This document shows positions 18,394 through 28,417 of a stretch of DNA of 55,659 bases, one piece after another (position 1 is the stretch's first letter; the number at the start of each line of letters is the position of its first letter). A model generated the notes under the pieces. It saw only the letters and a list, made by a program, of their open reading frames with translations. It was not told the DNA's origin and searched no databases. Both the position numbers and the translations under genes were made by a program. The DNA is from a virus (taxonomy: Duplodnaviria; Caudoviricetes): positions 1 to 55,659 of IMG/VR virus record IMGVR_UViG_3300028920_000083; one strand, 5' to 3'.

Positions 18394-18965
18394 AGCAGCA
18401 TTGGTGGGATGAAGAAGATAATATTTATTCGTGGCTTTACGGTGAGAAAGGATATGGTAGTGGCCCTATTGATGAGTTACTCAAACATACATATAACCGC
18501 ATGGTAACTTGTCAAAAGATTCTAGATGCAGGTTGCGGTAAATGTGATTTCACTCGTAAGATGCGGAGTCGTGGTTACACTAATATGACTTATGGTGTTG
18601 ATGTTAGTAAGCATGTTATTGACCATGCTCCAACTAGTTGCTGTGCTATACATCGTTCACTAGACGATATGCCATTTGATACAGACTTCTTCGACGGTAT
18701 ATGGTGCTGTGATGTTATGGAACATATACCACCGGAAAAAGTGGACAAGGTTCTCGCTGAACTGCGACGAGTCCTGCAACCTGATGGTAAAATCGCCTTC
18801 TCAATTAGCGGACTGCCTGCAAGGTGGAAAGGCCCGAAAGGTCAGGAACTACATTTGACAATCCGAGATCTTGATTGGTGGGTATCGGTGCTTGCAAGTC
18901 ATGGATTACCGATAGGTTTCCAGTATATCATTCCGAGGCGTCAAGCTTATATTATTTGGGGTTAG
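18378..18965 (+). CDS. Class I SAM-dependent methyltransferase (small-molecule/sugar type)
   Basis: ILDAGCG, GVDVS, DVMEHIP...LRRVLQPDG. Confidence 0.85.
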   Translation: MGERIKQHWWDEEDNIYSWLYGEKGYGSGPIDELLKHTYNRMVTCQKILDAGCGKCDFTRKMRSRGYTNMTYGVDVSKHVIDHAPTSCCAIHRSLDDMPFDTDFFDGIWCCDVMEHIPPEKVDKVLAELRRVLQPDGKIAFSISGLPARWKGPKGQELHLTIRDLDWWVSVLASHGLPIGFQYIIPRRQAYIIWG

Positions 18966-18966
18966 C

Positions 18967-19428
18967 ATGTCTGAGGATAGATGCGTCCGTTGCGGAGTAA
19001 CTGCCAATGTGGTCCCGCATCTTGAACGTAGACGCGATGGATTAATTTGTAAATCTTGTGCTAATAATGAGATGATATATATTGCTACCCCGTATTCGCA
19101 TAAGAATCCTGAGATTCGGGAAATCCGTTTCAAACAGGCTTGCATAATAGCCGGGACACTTATACAAGAAAGCCATAGAGTTTTCTCTCCAATCATTGCT
19201 TGTCACCCAATTGCGCGATATTTTAATTTACCTTATGATCATGTCTGGTGGCAACGTGTTGATGAAATTTTTATGAGTATGTGTACTATTATATACGTAA
19301 TCAAGTATAGTGGATGGGAGGATAGTGATGGTATAGCTTTTGAAATATACCTTGCTAACCAGCTTAACCTGCCCGTCTTTTACGTAGAGATTCCCAATGC
19401 CTTAATCGAGGAGACTACCAATGGCTAA
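18967..19428 (+). CDS. DUF1937-like (nucleoside deoxyribosyltransferase-fold) protein with N-terminal zinc ribbon
   Basis: IYIATPYSH...VFSPI...HPIA...GWEDSDGIAFE; CVRC...CKSC. Confidence 0.7.
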   Translation: MSEDRCVRCGVTANVVPHLERRRDGLICKSCANNEMIYIATPYSHKNPEIREIRFKQACIIAGTLIQESHRVFSPIIACHPIARYFNLPYDHVWWQRVDEIFMSMCTIIYVIKYSGWEDSDGIAFEIYLANQLNLPVFYVEIPNALIEETTNG

Positions 19429-20050
19429 TTCGATGCAGCACTGGAATGGCAACCAGTTATGTGTTATAGATACCGAGACAACGGGTCTTGATGCATACTG
19501 GCATGAGATGATTCAGATTGCTATTGTAGCTTTGGATTCTGACATCAAACCACGCCAAGATGTTCTGCCATTTTATATTGAAATTATTCCTGAGCATCCA
19601 GAACGTGCAGATAAGAAAGCTATGGAAGTTAATCGTAAAACTTTCACCGAGATAGCACAACGCGGGCATGATCGTGAGAAAGCTAAGGATCTCCTTGAGG
19701 AATGGATTAAAACCTTGGGGCTCCCTACAACGAAGTATGGGAACCCCAAGAAGATTATCCCATTAGGCCAGAATTACGCCTTCGACATGGGATTCATTAA
19801 ACAGTGGTTAGGTGTCGATCTATATAATGACCTCTTTGATTACCATTATGTCGATACAATGATTACTGCTCACTTTCTGAATGATCGGGCTGCTGCTCAT
19901 GCTGAGAAGGTTCCGTTTTCAAAGACGAATCTCCAGTGGCTGGCTCGGACTCTTGGGGTTCAACGGGATCGGGCTCACGATGCTCTACAGGACTGTCTAT
20001 CAACGGCTGATGTGTATCGGTTGATGCTTTTACAGGGGCTTTTACTTTGA
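19421..20050 (+). CDS. DEDDh 3'-5' exonuclease (DnaQ-like)
   Basis: IDTETTG, QNYAFD, HDALQD. Confidence 0.88.
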   Translation: MANSMQHWNGNQLCVIDTETTGLDAYWHEMIQIAIVALDSDIKPRQDVLPFYIEIIPEHPERADKKAMEVNRKTFTEIAQRGHDREKAKDLLEEWIKTLGLPTTKYGNPKKIIPLGQNYAFDMGFIKQWLGVDLYNDLFDYHYVDTMITAHFLNDRAAAHAEKVPFSKTNLQWLARTLGVQRDRAHDALQDCLSTADVYRLMLLQGLLL

Positions 20051-20762
20051 CAAATTCGTGAGGATGTCCATCAAGAGCAAGCTTAATACGCTGACAGTGC
20101 TCTAAGAATCGCCGAGGATCGCCGCCTCGGGCGGGAGTATGGCCTATGCAATCCGCATAGTCTAAGCTGCCATCAATACAGGCATCAAAACACAGGAAAG
20201 TGATTTTAAGACATCCAAACTTTTTAGCAAGTTTTAATCCTAAAATCGAAGTAAGACATGCCCGAGGTTCACCAACGAAAGGCGGGGCTAATACATACTT
20301 ATTCTTTATATCGTGATACCAATGAATTAATCCCGGATTAATAATTATTGCAGCACGCTTTGGGAGACATTCACGCTGTAGTCTAACATCGTGCTGCATT
20401 GCTAATGTTACATGCGGCAAATTTAAAGTTTCAATCTTATGGATAGATTCATTAACACACATGATAACAGCGTCTTGATTCGGGAAATCCACCGCAGAAA
20501 TACGATCAAGACTTGAACCCTTACCAACCATATAAATCTGCTTACCCTTTAAGATTGGTCTAAGCTTATTAATATCGTGACCGGCTTCACCCTTAGCATA
20601 CCACTTAAGTTCACCCGGTACACGTACAAAATTAGCATCAAGCTCGGCCATAGCTTGTCGATGCTTACGTGGAATACCGAATGTTCCATCTCCAAATCGG
20701 CGAACACGCTGTTTACAAACTTCCGAAGGTACTCCGACAAAAGCTTCATCACTAAGATCCAT
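19863..20762 (-). CDS. DUF115/Maf-like (sialyltransferase-like Rossmann fold) putative glycosyltransferase
   Basis: IYMVGKGSSL, MCVNES and GCLKITFLCFD motifs; C-terminal tail overlaps the convergent exonuclease gene. Confidence 0.55.
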   Translation of the reverse strand: MDLSDEAFVGVPSEVCKQRVRRFGDGTFGIPRKHRQAMAELDANFVRVPGELKWYAKGEAGHDINKLRPILKGKQIYMVGKGSSLDRISAVDFPNQDAVIMCVNESIHKIETLNLPHVTLAMQHDVRLQRECLPKRAAIIINPGLIHWYHDIKNKYVLAPPFVGEPRACLTSILGLKLAKKFGCLKITFLCFDACIDGSLDYADCIGHTPARGGDPRRFLEHCQRIKLALDGHPHEFVKVKAPVKASTDTHQPLIDSPVEHREPDPVEPQESEPATGDSSLKTEPSQHEQQPDHSESEQ

Positions 20763-20764
20763 CT

Positions 20765-21472
20765 TTAGTCTCCTAAGTCAATAGCCCAAGCGTCTGTTTT
20801 AACATAATTGCCCTTAGCACTACTTCTGTGTTTAGCAGACAATAATGTATAATCCGTCTCAGGACACTGCTTCCAAACTTCTAGATTATCAAAGTCACCA
20901 GTTTCAAGACATTTCAGGTACTGACCATTTTTGTCTATGTGAATTTGACTAAAACAATTAACAGTAACATCCTCTAGTATGGGAGCTACTAGAGTTTCAA
21001 TGCAATCAACAAGTTGATATATTCTGGAATAAGTTGTTACCCAAATTTGACCAGTCGGTTCACCATTATACCGAGCTTCATATTTCTCACATAGATTTTG
21101 AACATCCCCACCATGAATGATAATTTCCATATTATCAAGTTGCTGCCTATATAAAGATTGTAGAAGTTTTTCAAGATGCCTCGATGGAGGATCATTTTGT
21201 ATAATAATACTTATCTTTACAGCCTTATCTTCACAGGCTAGGCAGTCGGATTTTAAAATCACTTTATTATTTTTAGCAGCACATTTCATAATTCTAATTT
21301 TCCCGCAACATCCTGATTGCTCACTTATGATAGTACGATGTTCGCAATCATCTAATATCGGTACAAACCGATATGGGTCCATTGGATCTTGTTCGTACCC
21401 ATCGGGGCAAGCAGGTGGCTTACCCCGATGGGGAGCGAACAAACTACCGTCCGTTGATCTTCTTAATCGCAT
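20765..21472 (-). CDS. Cys-rich N-terminal domain plus degenerate GT2-like domain
   Basis: KISIIIQND...LEKLLQSLYRQQLDNMEIII resembles the start of the GT2 fold; no clear DxD. Confidence 0.45.
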   Translation of the reverse strand: MRLRRSTDGSLFAPHRGKPPACPDGYEQDPMDPYRFVPILDDCEHRTIISEQSGCCGKIRIMKCAAKNNKVILKSDCLACEDKAVKISIIIQNDPPSRHLEKLLQSLYRQQLDNMEIIIHGGDVQNLCEKYEARYNGEPTGQIWVTTYSRIYQLVDCIETLVAPILEDVTVNCFSQIHIDKNGQYLKCLETGDFDNLEVWKQCPETDYTLLSAKHRSSAKGNYVKTDAWAIDLGD

Positions 21473-21776
21473 TTATGAACGCCTTTAAATCCCTAGCACT
21501 AACCGCGTAGTATCCACCTAAATCCATCTTTGTTACTATATCCTTTTCACCTTCAACTGTGACCAGAATCGGTTTATTCGTCGCAATCTTAATCGCGCCT
21601 TTTGCCTCTTCCGGTGCTGCTGCAAAGGATGCATATACAAGAGTCTGTTTCTCCTTAACCCCTATTGAGCATCCTGTCATAACGATTAACAAGATCATCA
21701 GCAGGAGTAGAGACAGTATCAAGCGATCCCTCCACATTGGAGACATCAGTTTCAACTGCTGGTGTTGACAAAACAT
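21444..21776 (-). CDS. Lipoprotein, o-spanin (Rz1-like) candidate
   Basis: Basic/hydrophobic signal RDRLILSLLLLMILLIV plus lipobox MTG-C; overlaps the i-spanin candidate in a shifted frame. Confidence 0.65.
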   Translation of the reverse strand: MFCQHQQLKLMSPMWRDRLILSLLLLMILLIVMTGCSIGVKEKQTLVYASFAAAPEEAKGAIKIATNKPILVTVEGEKDIVTKMDLGGYYAVSARDLKAFINAIKKINGR

Positions 21777-21831
21777 TTGTAAAAACCTCCGCTATGATCT
21801 TGCTTAAAAATCCTAGCAAGATTTCTATCAT
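21655..21831 (-). CDS. 58-aa i-spanin (Rz-like) candidate, not in the ORF track
   Basis: MIEILLGFLSKIIAEVFTNV...RYDRMLNRG; TGATG coupling to the upstream gene; overlapped by the lipoprotein gene. Confidence 0.5.
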   Translation of the reverse strand: MIEILLGFLSKIIAEVFTNVLSTPAVETDVSNVEGSLDTVSTPADDLVNRYDRMLNRG

Positions 21832-22013
21832 CACAGTTTCCTCAACGTCTTGGCCAAAGCTATTTGACGCTTGGTTGTAGGATCATCACCAGCCTTCTTA
21901 GACATACATGCTAAATCAATTGTTCCATCTTTATTCATACAGCCTAATTTTTTAGCCTTTTTCCCTAATGCTCCGGGTCTTTTAATCGCACCCTGTATCC
22001 ATTTCTTAGCCAT
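21831..22013 (-). CDS. Small basic phage protein (KWIQ-x-AIK-x-PGAL)
   Basis: MAKKWIQGAIKRPGAL...RQIALAKTLRKL. Confidence 0.65.
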   Translation of the reverse strand: MAKKWIQGAIKRPGALGKKAKKLGCMNKDGTIDLACMSKKAGDDPTTKRQIALAKTLRKL

Positions 22014-22428
22014 TACCACTTGCTCCTGATACATCCTCAACCTTAGGCTTCTTGAACTTGGCGAGAAGTTGCTTGATTAAGGAATCAAGTCGGTCCTCAC
22101 CCCAAGATAACAGAAGCTCCTTAGCTGGCCCCGTAGCAACTTCTCTAGCATGGCTGATAGCGGTAAGTCGAGCCGTCTTAATTTCCTCCTTCGTAAGCTT
22201 ACCATCGGCAGCAGCCTTCTTAGCTTCACGCACAACCTCATCTTGTGCCTTAGCCATACCAGCAAGAAGCGCCTGCACTGCTTCACGCTCCGCATCATCC
22301 ATGTCCATTTTCTTAACAATACGATTAATGAGTTTCCTAATAAAATATCCTATCAGCCCCACAACGGCTGTTGCCACGGTGCCAATCAGCGGTACCCACC
22401 AAGCCTCGGCAACAATTTCCTCACCCAT
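22006..22428 (-). CDS. Holin-like protein (single N-terminal TM, LL-H-like)
   Basis: N-terminal TM helix, then DGKLTKEE; lies upstream of the spanin candidates. Confidence 0.55.
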   Translation of the reverse strand: MGEEIVAEAWWVPLIGTVATAVVGLIGYFIRKLINRIVKKMDMDDAEREAVQALLAGMAKAQDEVVREAKKAAADGKLTKEEIKTARLTAISHAREVATGPAKELLLSWGEDRLDSLIKQLLAKFKKPKVEDVSGASGNG

Positions 22429-22436
22429 AACTCCTC

Positions 22437-23237
22437 CTAAACTAGCCCTAGTTTTCTAAGACTTTGAACATGTCGAAGGCCATTCTTACGAATAACCTCC
22501 TCATAACATTCACGAAGATTCCCACTTAACGCCATCTTATTATCATCATCAGGATCAGCTTTAATATATTTAAGCCCTTTAAAATAATCATCATCCTCAG
22601 GAGCTTTACCATATTTATACTCTATTAATAATCTCATTATTCTAACTGTCTTATGTCTATCTGATTGAGCAAATCTTCTTAAAGATGTCCTCCCTCCTGT
22701 ATGATGGAAAACTGCACCAAAACACTGATACAATTTTAATCCTGCTCGTACCAATTGTTTTTGATATTCAACTTCTTCAAAATCACCCCCTAACCAACCA
22801 TTCCGTAATCCTATATATTGATCCCATTTTACGGATTCTGGAATCCGATCTAAATCTAACATCATACAAGCAGCCGGCCCCTTGGGTGTTTCAAATTCTT
22901 GATACTCAGATGTATCAATAATAACTTCTGGTTCAGTACCCCACCACTCACCAGCAAAAACTGCTCCTGCATCTTGTTGCCTCTGTAGTGTCTCATACAT
23001 AGCATCAAGCCACTCAGGATGTACCATCTCTGAATCATAGTCAAGAAAACAGATAACCCGATTTTTAGCCATTTCATCCATAGCTTTTTGTCGAGCTTCT
23101 GATACATTTAAATCGGGCTCATTGACAAGTATCAAATTAAAGTTTTTTGTATACTGTTCAATTAACCCGAGGGTCTTATCTAGCTGTGCGCTAGTCTTTT
23201 CTACAGGGATTATTAAATCTATTTCTGGCCTACTCAT
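22437..23237 (-). CDS. Glycosyltransferase family 2
   Basis: IDLIIPV, CFLDYD (DxD), AACMM, FEEVE; ATGA coupling to the tail gene. Confidence 0.8.
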   Translation of the reverse strand: MSRPEIDLIIPVEKTSAQLDKTLGLIEQYTKNFNLILVNEPDLNVSEARQKAMDEMAKNRVICFLDYDSEMVHPEWLDAMYETLQRQQDAGAVFAGEWWGTEPEVIIDTSEYQEFETPKGPAACMMLDLDRIPESVKWDQYIGLRNGWLGGDFEEVEYQKQLVRAGLKLYQCFGAVFHHTGGRTSLRRFAQSDRHKTVRIMRLLIEYKYGKAPEDDDYFKGLKYIKADPDDDNKMALSGNLRECYEEVIRKNGLRHVQSLRKLGLV

Positions 23238-26200
23238 TTGTATATCTCCAAATTTTGAACAATAAAGTTTGCTTCCCACTGCCTATGACTGATACCTGAT
23301 CCACCACTCCACAGGAAGGTATCATAATTTAAAATAGGACATAAGATATGCGCCCATAGATATAGGTAATTTGTTGATGGACTAATATAATTAAGGAGGC
23401 TCAAAGGTACTTGAATCTTAAAAGTACCCGGTACCGTTGGTGTACCACCCACCTCAGCACTTTTTTGATTAGCCCATGTCATAACGTATTGTGAGAAAGC
23501 TGTAGCATAGGCAAGGCTATAACCACTAGCAATATCTAATGCAGACCTAGCAATAATACGACCAAAAACAGCCCCGGCTTTTGACGACCATGCCCAATTC
23601 GGCCAAGATAAATTACCTTTATCCCGACAATTCATAGCTACATTTAGAAGTAATGCAACTGCTCCAGATTTTTGTGCTGGAGTTATTGTATAGCGTTTAT
23701 AACCACCTGCCTCATTACAAAGCATATCAGCATATGGATGGATATCCCATTTAGATATTTTTGCTTCACCATTACCACTCAAAGCTGTATCATTAAAGAA
23801 ATTTACTCTTGCGTCATTTTGAGTATCCCACCACGCATCCTCACCTTCAACTGTACCATCGACAGCATCTTCGTCATAAGTAGTATCAAGACCAAAATAA
23901 TCACCACCATTTACAGGTGTAATAATCGTAGGAGCAGGAACAGTTGTATAAACTGTAAGATCAGTTTCACCATTATGAGCAGTATCAGCATCAACACATT
24001 CAATAATAGCCGGATCACTACCTGATCCACCTGTTATTGAACAAGATACAACTTTTGCACCATTACTCCATCCAGTATTATCTGTGTATAAGGGAGCAAT
24101 AGCATCACTAGGATCACCACTTGTCAAATTAATATCAACTTGTGTAGGTGGTACATAAGTAGTTAAAAGATTACCTTCGGCATCCTTGGCCTGAATTGTT
24201 AGATTAAAACTCACACCGCGTGTAACAGGATTTGTATCTACACTAACATCGAATTCAAGTGTACCAATTTGAGAAACAGCATTTCCAATAAGGTCACTAT
24301 CTAAATCTTCTCCGACAAATGTAATTGGATTAACGGCTGATTCAGGAATCAATAGTCTGCAATCATCTGATTCCCACTGCCCACTTACAACATCAACAAC
24401 TATAAATGAGCCATAATTCTGTGCATCCGGTCCTGCACCAAGCCATGTTAATTTATTACCGACATCATCATAGGCTGTAATCATTACATTACCTACCCAT
24501 GATGTATCTATTTCTCCAGTAGATTTTCGAATCGCTATGCCATTATGAAATAACACAGAACTTGTAACAATACCATCAGGATCAACCTGTAATTGTAAAC
24601 CATTTGCTTCCATTATTTGAGTAAAACTTAATGACTGTGTTAGTTGTTGTGGTGATAATTCAGCGATACTAAATTGTGGACAAGCTTCATCTTCATATTC
24701 TCTAGCTGGATCATGAAGATTAAGATGTCCGTTATCATCACCATTACCACCAAGTATATACCAATCACTTGCTGAGTAATTACCTGAGCCATCTAATGTA
24801 ATTTGCGTTAAGAGGCCAGAGCCATTATACAAACGATCAAGACCGTCAGTAGAATTAAGCTGAACGTCAAGTGTACCTCCATTCTTACCTCCACTTATCT
24901 GAACACTAAAAGTAACATTACGATTAACAGAACTTGGTGATACATCCCAAGATAGTGTTGTTGCCATTGCATCTATAATATCAAAAGACTCAGTTGAAGC
25001 TGTTTCAAAACGAGTTGTCAATCCACCTTCTATAATATTTGGGGCACTAACTTGTATGATGCCAGAATCATCGCCAGAACCACCAGTAATTTGAACACTA
25101 TTCGACGACCAAATTCCATTTACAAAATTAATATTACTAACATTAAGAACATCACTACCATCAGAACTACCAAGTACAAGTGTACCTGAAACATTTTTAC
25201 TAGCAAGATTACCAAAAGAATCTCGTATACTCACCTGTATACTAAAGTTTGTGCCACGTTCAACTTCAACAGGGGCTACATCAAAACTTAAATAAAGAGT
25301 AGGATTTTCTCCTTCTTCCTCTTCATCCTCATCAGGACCGGGATCATCCGGATTTGTTTGATTATCTCCCGGAATATCATAATCTACTTCTTCTCGACCT
25401 GCCCCCGGATCTTCGGGATCAGTTGGATTATTTATTGGATCAATAGGATTAGTAGGATCACCAAGATAATACCCTTCATCCTCAACTGGCTCATCAAAAG
25501 CATCAACATCACCAGCTTTTGACCATAACTCCGCTTCAATAGTTACAGCCGATTCTTCACTATCATAAGATATATGTTCCACAAGTGCCCTAATATTATT
25601 AGCACTAAATTTAGCTACAGCTATTTCCAGAATATCATATGTATCTAAGACGACCCCTTCAAGGAAAGTATTAAAAGCACATCGCCGCCAGATATTAGAC
25701 TTTTTATAACCCCAATAATCAACAAATAGTTGTAAAATAGATGATGTATTATAGATGAAGAAATCTATTTCTTTCTCTTTAAGACCATAGATATCTTCAT
25801 TATTACGATAGATATATTCTTTTTCTGAATCTTCATCACCAGAATAATCAGTTTTCCATGTAGCAATTAGCTTTGTCCAAATTTCCTCAGTTTCAGTGAA
25901 ACCTAATTGTAGTGTTTTGAGTTCAACATGAGTCTCAGTGATTCCAAAATCTGCGTCATGCTGAACAGCAAGAAAACGTATAAACGCTTGGTTATCACGT
26001 ATAACTAAAGATAGGGCAGCTTGCCACGCAATTTTATCCACCAGACTGAGCACATTAGGTCTATCAAAGACAGCAAAACTAGACAGATAAGGTGCCACAT
26101 CTGTAATTGCTTGATTAAAAGTAGTAGCGTCAGGAATAATATTTGAATAATTCTCAAGTAAGTAACGAACCGTCGAAGCCGAGTTAGAGCCTTGACTCGA

Positions 26201-27574
26201 CCGTAAAGAGACATAGACATCACCATTCCATCCTTCGTCTAAATAATCTTCTAAAGCAATCTCAAATTCAAAAGTAGTGGGTGATTGCCCATCAAGACTA
26301 TCGCTAAGATTTACAGTATAGTAGCTACTTGGTATCGGTTCAAAACGTCTATCACCTTGAACATTACGATATCCGAATACATCTAAAATCTCAACACTTG
26401 GAATCAAATTTGCAACATATAAATCATTATAGTCTTTACGGAGACGAACTTTAGCACCACTTGGAAGTCTCCAAACACCAGCAAGAACTATAAGTTGATA
26501 TCCAGCTAAGTAACCTTCCTGTGTTTCAGCACCAAAAATTCCTCTGTAAATAACTTCAACAACAAAATTAGCACCCCATGATGCCCGAGGTACTGATGAA
26601 GTTTCATTAATTGTACTGTAGTGATCAAGTATTAAATCTTGGAATGGGTTTGTTACTGACCTAAACGGCTTACGGAAGAAACACTTTTTGCCAACTTGAG
26701 ATACACAATAATTAATACATGTACCATAAGTAGGATGTGTAACCTTAACATATAATCCTGCTATATGATCATCAGAATCAATCCAAATTACACTAGAATC
26801 TTGAACATGAGTATCACTAAGCTTACGATCTTGTAAAGCTATACTAGTATGCCATGCATCATTACGTGTAGTAGCTGTAAACACATTGCCATCAAAACTA
26901 CCAGTATAAAGTACACCACCAACATTAATTTGTATAGATGTATCCTGTGGAAAATCTTCGCCACCTTCAACTACAAAACTACCAAAATTCTGATTAATAC
27001 CATATCGTAATCTTCCACTAGGAGCATGACGAATACGTACACACGGTACATGGATTACTGTACCAAAACATAGAGGCCAAGGAACATCTATTGCATCAGG
27101 ATGAAGATTAGCTATATCACCTTCTTCTGGCGCATAACCAACTTCATTATCTTCCACGTAGGTTTCAACATCAAAGCTAAGTTCTCGATCACCCTCATGC
27201 CAGTTAATTGGACTTATGATTCGACCAACAAGTAATGGAGCTAAATCAGTTTGAGCATTACCATCAAAATGTTGGTAGATTATACAATCAAGACCCTCAA
27301 TAATTTCAGTATTAAGTCTAGCTTTTAATGAACCATCATTATCAAATAAAGTCACCCCGACACTTGAAACTTCACTAAGACTATCAAGCTTTTCTTGAGC
27401 ATTAACAGGCTCACACTCAGTTAATTTACCTTGAATAGTTATAGCATCAAGTGGAAAAGACTTATCTCCATAGTATTCTGTACCAGCATTCCAGTCAACA
27501 CGGACAATTATAATTGGCTCAGTACCAAGATTCTGGTCTACTTTAGCCTGAGCATGAGCCGATAATACTCTCAT
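23234..27574 (-). CDS. Tail tip/hub protein with Ig-like repeats and C-terminal receptor-binding region
   Basis: 1446 aa after the distal tail genes; PWPLCFG; three repeats of V-x-R-x-x-x-F-x-(I/V/L)-x-(I/V)...G-G-(S/N)-G. Confidence 0.7.
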   Translation of the reverse strand: MRVLSAHAQAKVDQNLGTEPIIIVRVDWNAGTEYYGDKSFPLDAITIQGKLTECEPVNAQEKLDSLSEVSSVGVTLFDNDGSLKARLNTEIIEGLDCIIYQHFDGNAQTDLAPLLVGRIISPINWHEGDRELSFDVETYVEDNEVGYAPEEGDIANLHPDAIDVPWPLCFGTVIHVPCVRIRHAPSGRLRYGINQNFGSFVVEGGEDFPQDTSIQINVGGVLYTGSFDGNVFTATTRNDAWHTSIALQDRKLSDTHVQDSSVIWIDSDDHIAGLYVKVTHPTYGTCINYCVSQVGKKCFFRKPFRSVTNPFQDLILDHYSTINETSSVPRASWGANFVVEVIYRGIFGAETQEGYLAGYQLIVLAGVWRLPSGAKVRLRKDYNDLYVANLIPSVEILDVFGYRNVQGDRRFEPIPSSYYTVNLSDSLDGQSPTTFEFEIALEDYLDEGWNGDVYVSLRSSQGSNSASTVRYLLENYSNIIPDATTFNQAITDVAPYLSSFAVFDRPNVLSLVDKIAWQAALSLVIRDNQAFIRFLAVQHDADFGITETHVELKTLQLGFTETEEIWTKLIATWKTDYSGDEDSEKEYIYRNNEDIYGLKEKEIDFFIYNTSSILQLFVDYWGYKKSNIWRRCAFNTFLEGVVLDTYDILEIAVAKFSANNIRALVEHISYDSEESAVTIEAELWSKAGDVDAFDEPVEDEGYYLGDPTNPIDPINNPTDPEDPGAGREEVDYDIPGDNQTNPDDPGPDEDEEEEGENPTLYLSFDVAPVEVERGTNFSIQVSIRDSFGNLASKNVSGTLVLGSSDGSDVLNVSNINFVNGIWSSNSVQITGGSGDDSGIIQVSAPNIIEGGLTTRFETASTESFDIIDAMATTLSWDVSPSSVNRNVTFSVQISGGKNGGTLDVQLNSTDGLDRLYNGSGLLTQITLDGSGNYSASDWYILGGNGDDNGHLNLHDPAREYEDEACPQFSIAELSPQQLTQSLSFTQIMEANGLQLQVDPDGIVTSSVLFHNGIAIRKSTGEIDTSWVGNVMITAYDDVGNKLTWLGAGPDAQNYGSFIVVDVVSGQWESDDCRLLIPESAVNPITFVGEDLDSDLIGNAVSQIGTLEFDVSVDTNPVTRGVSFNLTIQAKDAEGNLLTTYVPPTQVDINLTSGDPSDAIAPLYTDNTGWSNGAKVVSCSITGGSGSDPAIIECVDADTAHNGETDLTVYTTVPAPTIITPVNGGDYFGLDTTYDEDAVDGTVEGEDAWWDTQNDARVNFFNDTALSGNGEAKISKWDIHPYADMLCNEAGGYKRYTITPAQKSGAVALLLNVAMNCRDKGNLSWPNWAWSSKAGAVFGRIIARSALDIASGYSLAYATAFSQYVMTWANQKSAEVGGTPTVPGTFKIQVPLSLLNYISPSTNYLYLWAHILCPILNYDTFLWSGGSGISHRQWEANFIVQNLEIYK

Positions 27575-28032
27575 TATACTTTGTCTCCTACCATAGTCTC
27601 GGAGAATATAATAGACTGTTGCATACGCTCAACTGCTGGTCTACATCTAAATTCTATAGTTACTGTACTAACTTCCATACGATTTAAAGATCCGGCACTA
27701 GGTTCATCAGCAGGACCAACTGATATAGCTTCAAAAGGTTGATTTATTATAAAACCTCTCCATGTAATTCCACGGTGGTCAACTAATTTTATCTCATTAC
27801 CACCAGAATTACTAAAGAAAGTAAGAAGCTCATCAATCTTAGCTTTATCTAAGTCTACAAACGTCATTAATAACGTATGTAATTCTGGTGTAGACTTATA
27901 ACTTCGTAATGTATCATCCATCGATTTACGAAATCTTGTTTTAATATCAAACTGATCGGAATTCCCCAATACAGGATTCCTTAACGTGATGCTATCAACA
28001 GGATTCCGTGCTGGATATGACATAGTTATCAT
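27574..28032 (-). CDS. Distal tail protein-like
   Basis: Position downstream of the TMP; similar to the adjacent ORF (EIKLVDHRGITWRG vs EINLIDHFDQLWTG). Confidence 0.55.
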   Translation of the reverse strand: MITMSYPARNPVDSITLRNPVLGNSDQFDIKTRFRKSMDDTLRSYKSTPELHTLLMTFVDLDKAKIDELLTFFSNSGGNEIKLVDHRGITWRGFIINQPFEAISVGPADEPSAGSLNRMEVSTVTIEFRCRPAVERMQQSIIFSETMVGDKV

Positions 28033-28415
28033 GTTAAGATGTCTCCCATAAATTCAAAACTTACATCATAACTACACGTTTCACGTACTTCTATAATTTC
28101 ATTAACAGGAGTAACTATAACTCCAGTCCAGAGTTGATCGAAATGATCTATAAGATTAATCTCAAGACCAGCAGTCTTTATAAGAAAAGCTTTAAGCTCC
28201 TCAATAACGGATTCTTGAATCCGTTCAAACTGGTATACATTAGTTTTACTAATAGGCCAATTAGCGTCCTTAACTGACATCAAGTCGCCACCACGCGACT
28301 CCACAACAAGAGCTTCATTATTAACACGTTGGATATCACCAATACGTGGCCCACGTAAGGTCACAAGATCAGTAGCACCAGAAAGTGTTCCAACTGGATA
28401 ATATAGTCTCAACAT
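28029..28415 (-). CDS. Distal tail protein-like
   Basis: Paralog-like similarity to 27574..28032. Confidence 0.55.
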   Translation of the reverse strand: MLRLYYPVGTLSGATDLVTLRGPRIGDIQRVNNEALVVESRGGDLMSVKDANWPISKTNVYQFERIQESVIEELKAFLIKTAGLEINLIDHFDQLWTGVIVTPVNEIIEVRETCSYDVSFEFMGDILT

Positions 28416-28417
28416 AT

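Noticed and set aside
19863-20050. 188-bp convergent overlap between the exonuclease and the DUF115-like gene
   Set aside because: The overlapping tail is low-complexity read-through; no evidence of function beyond two operons meeting
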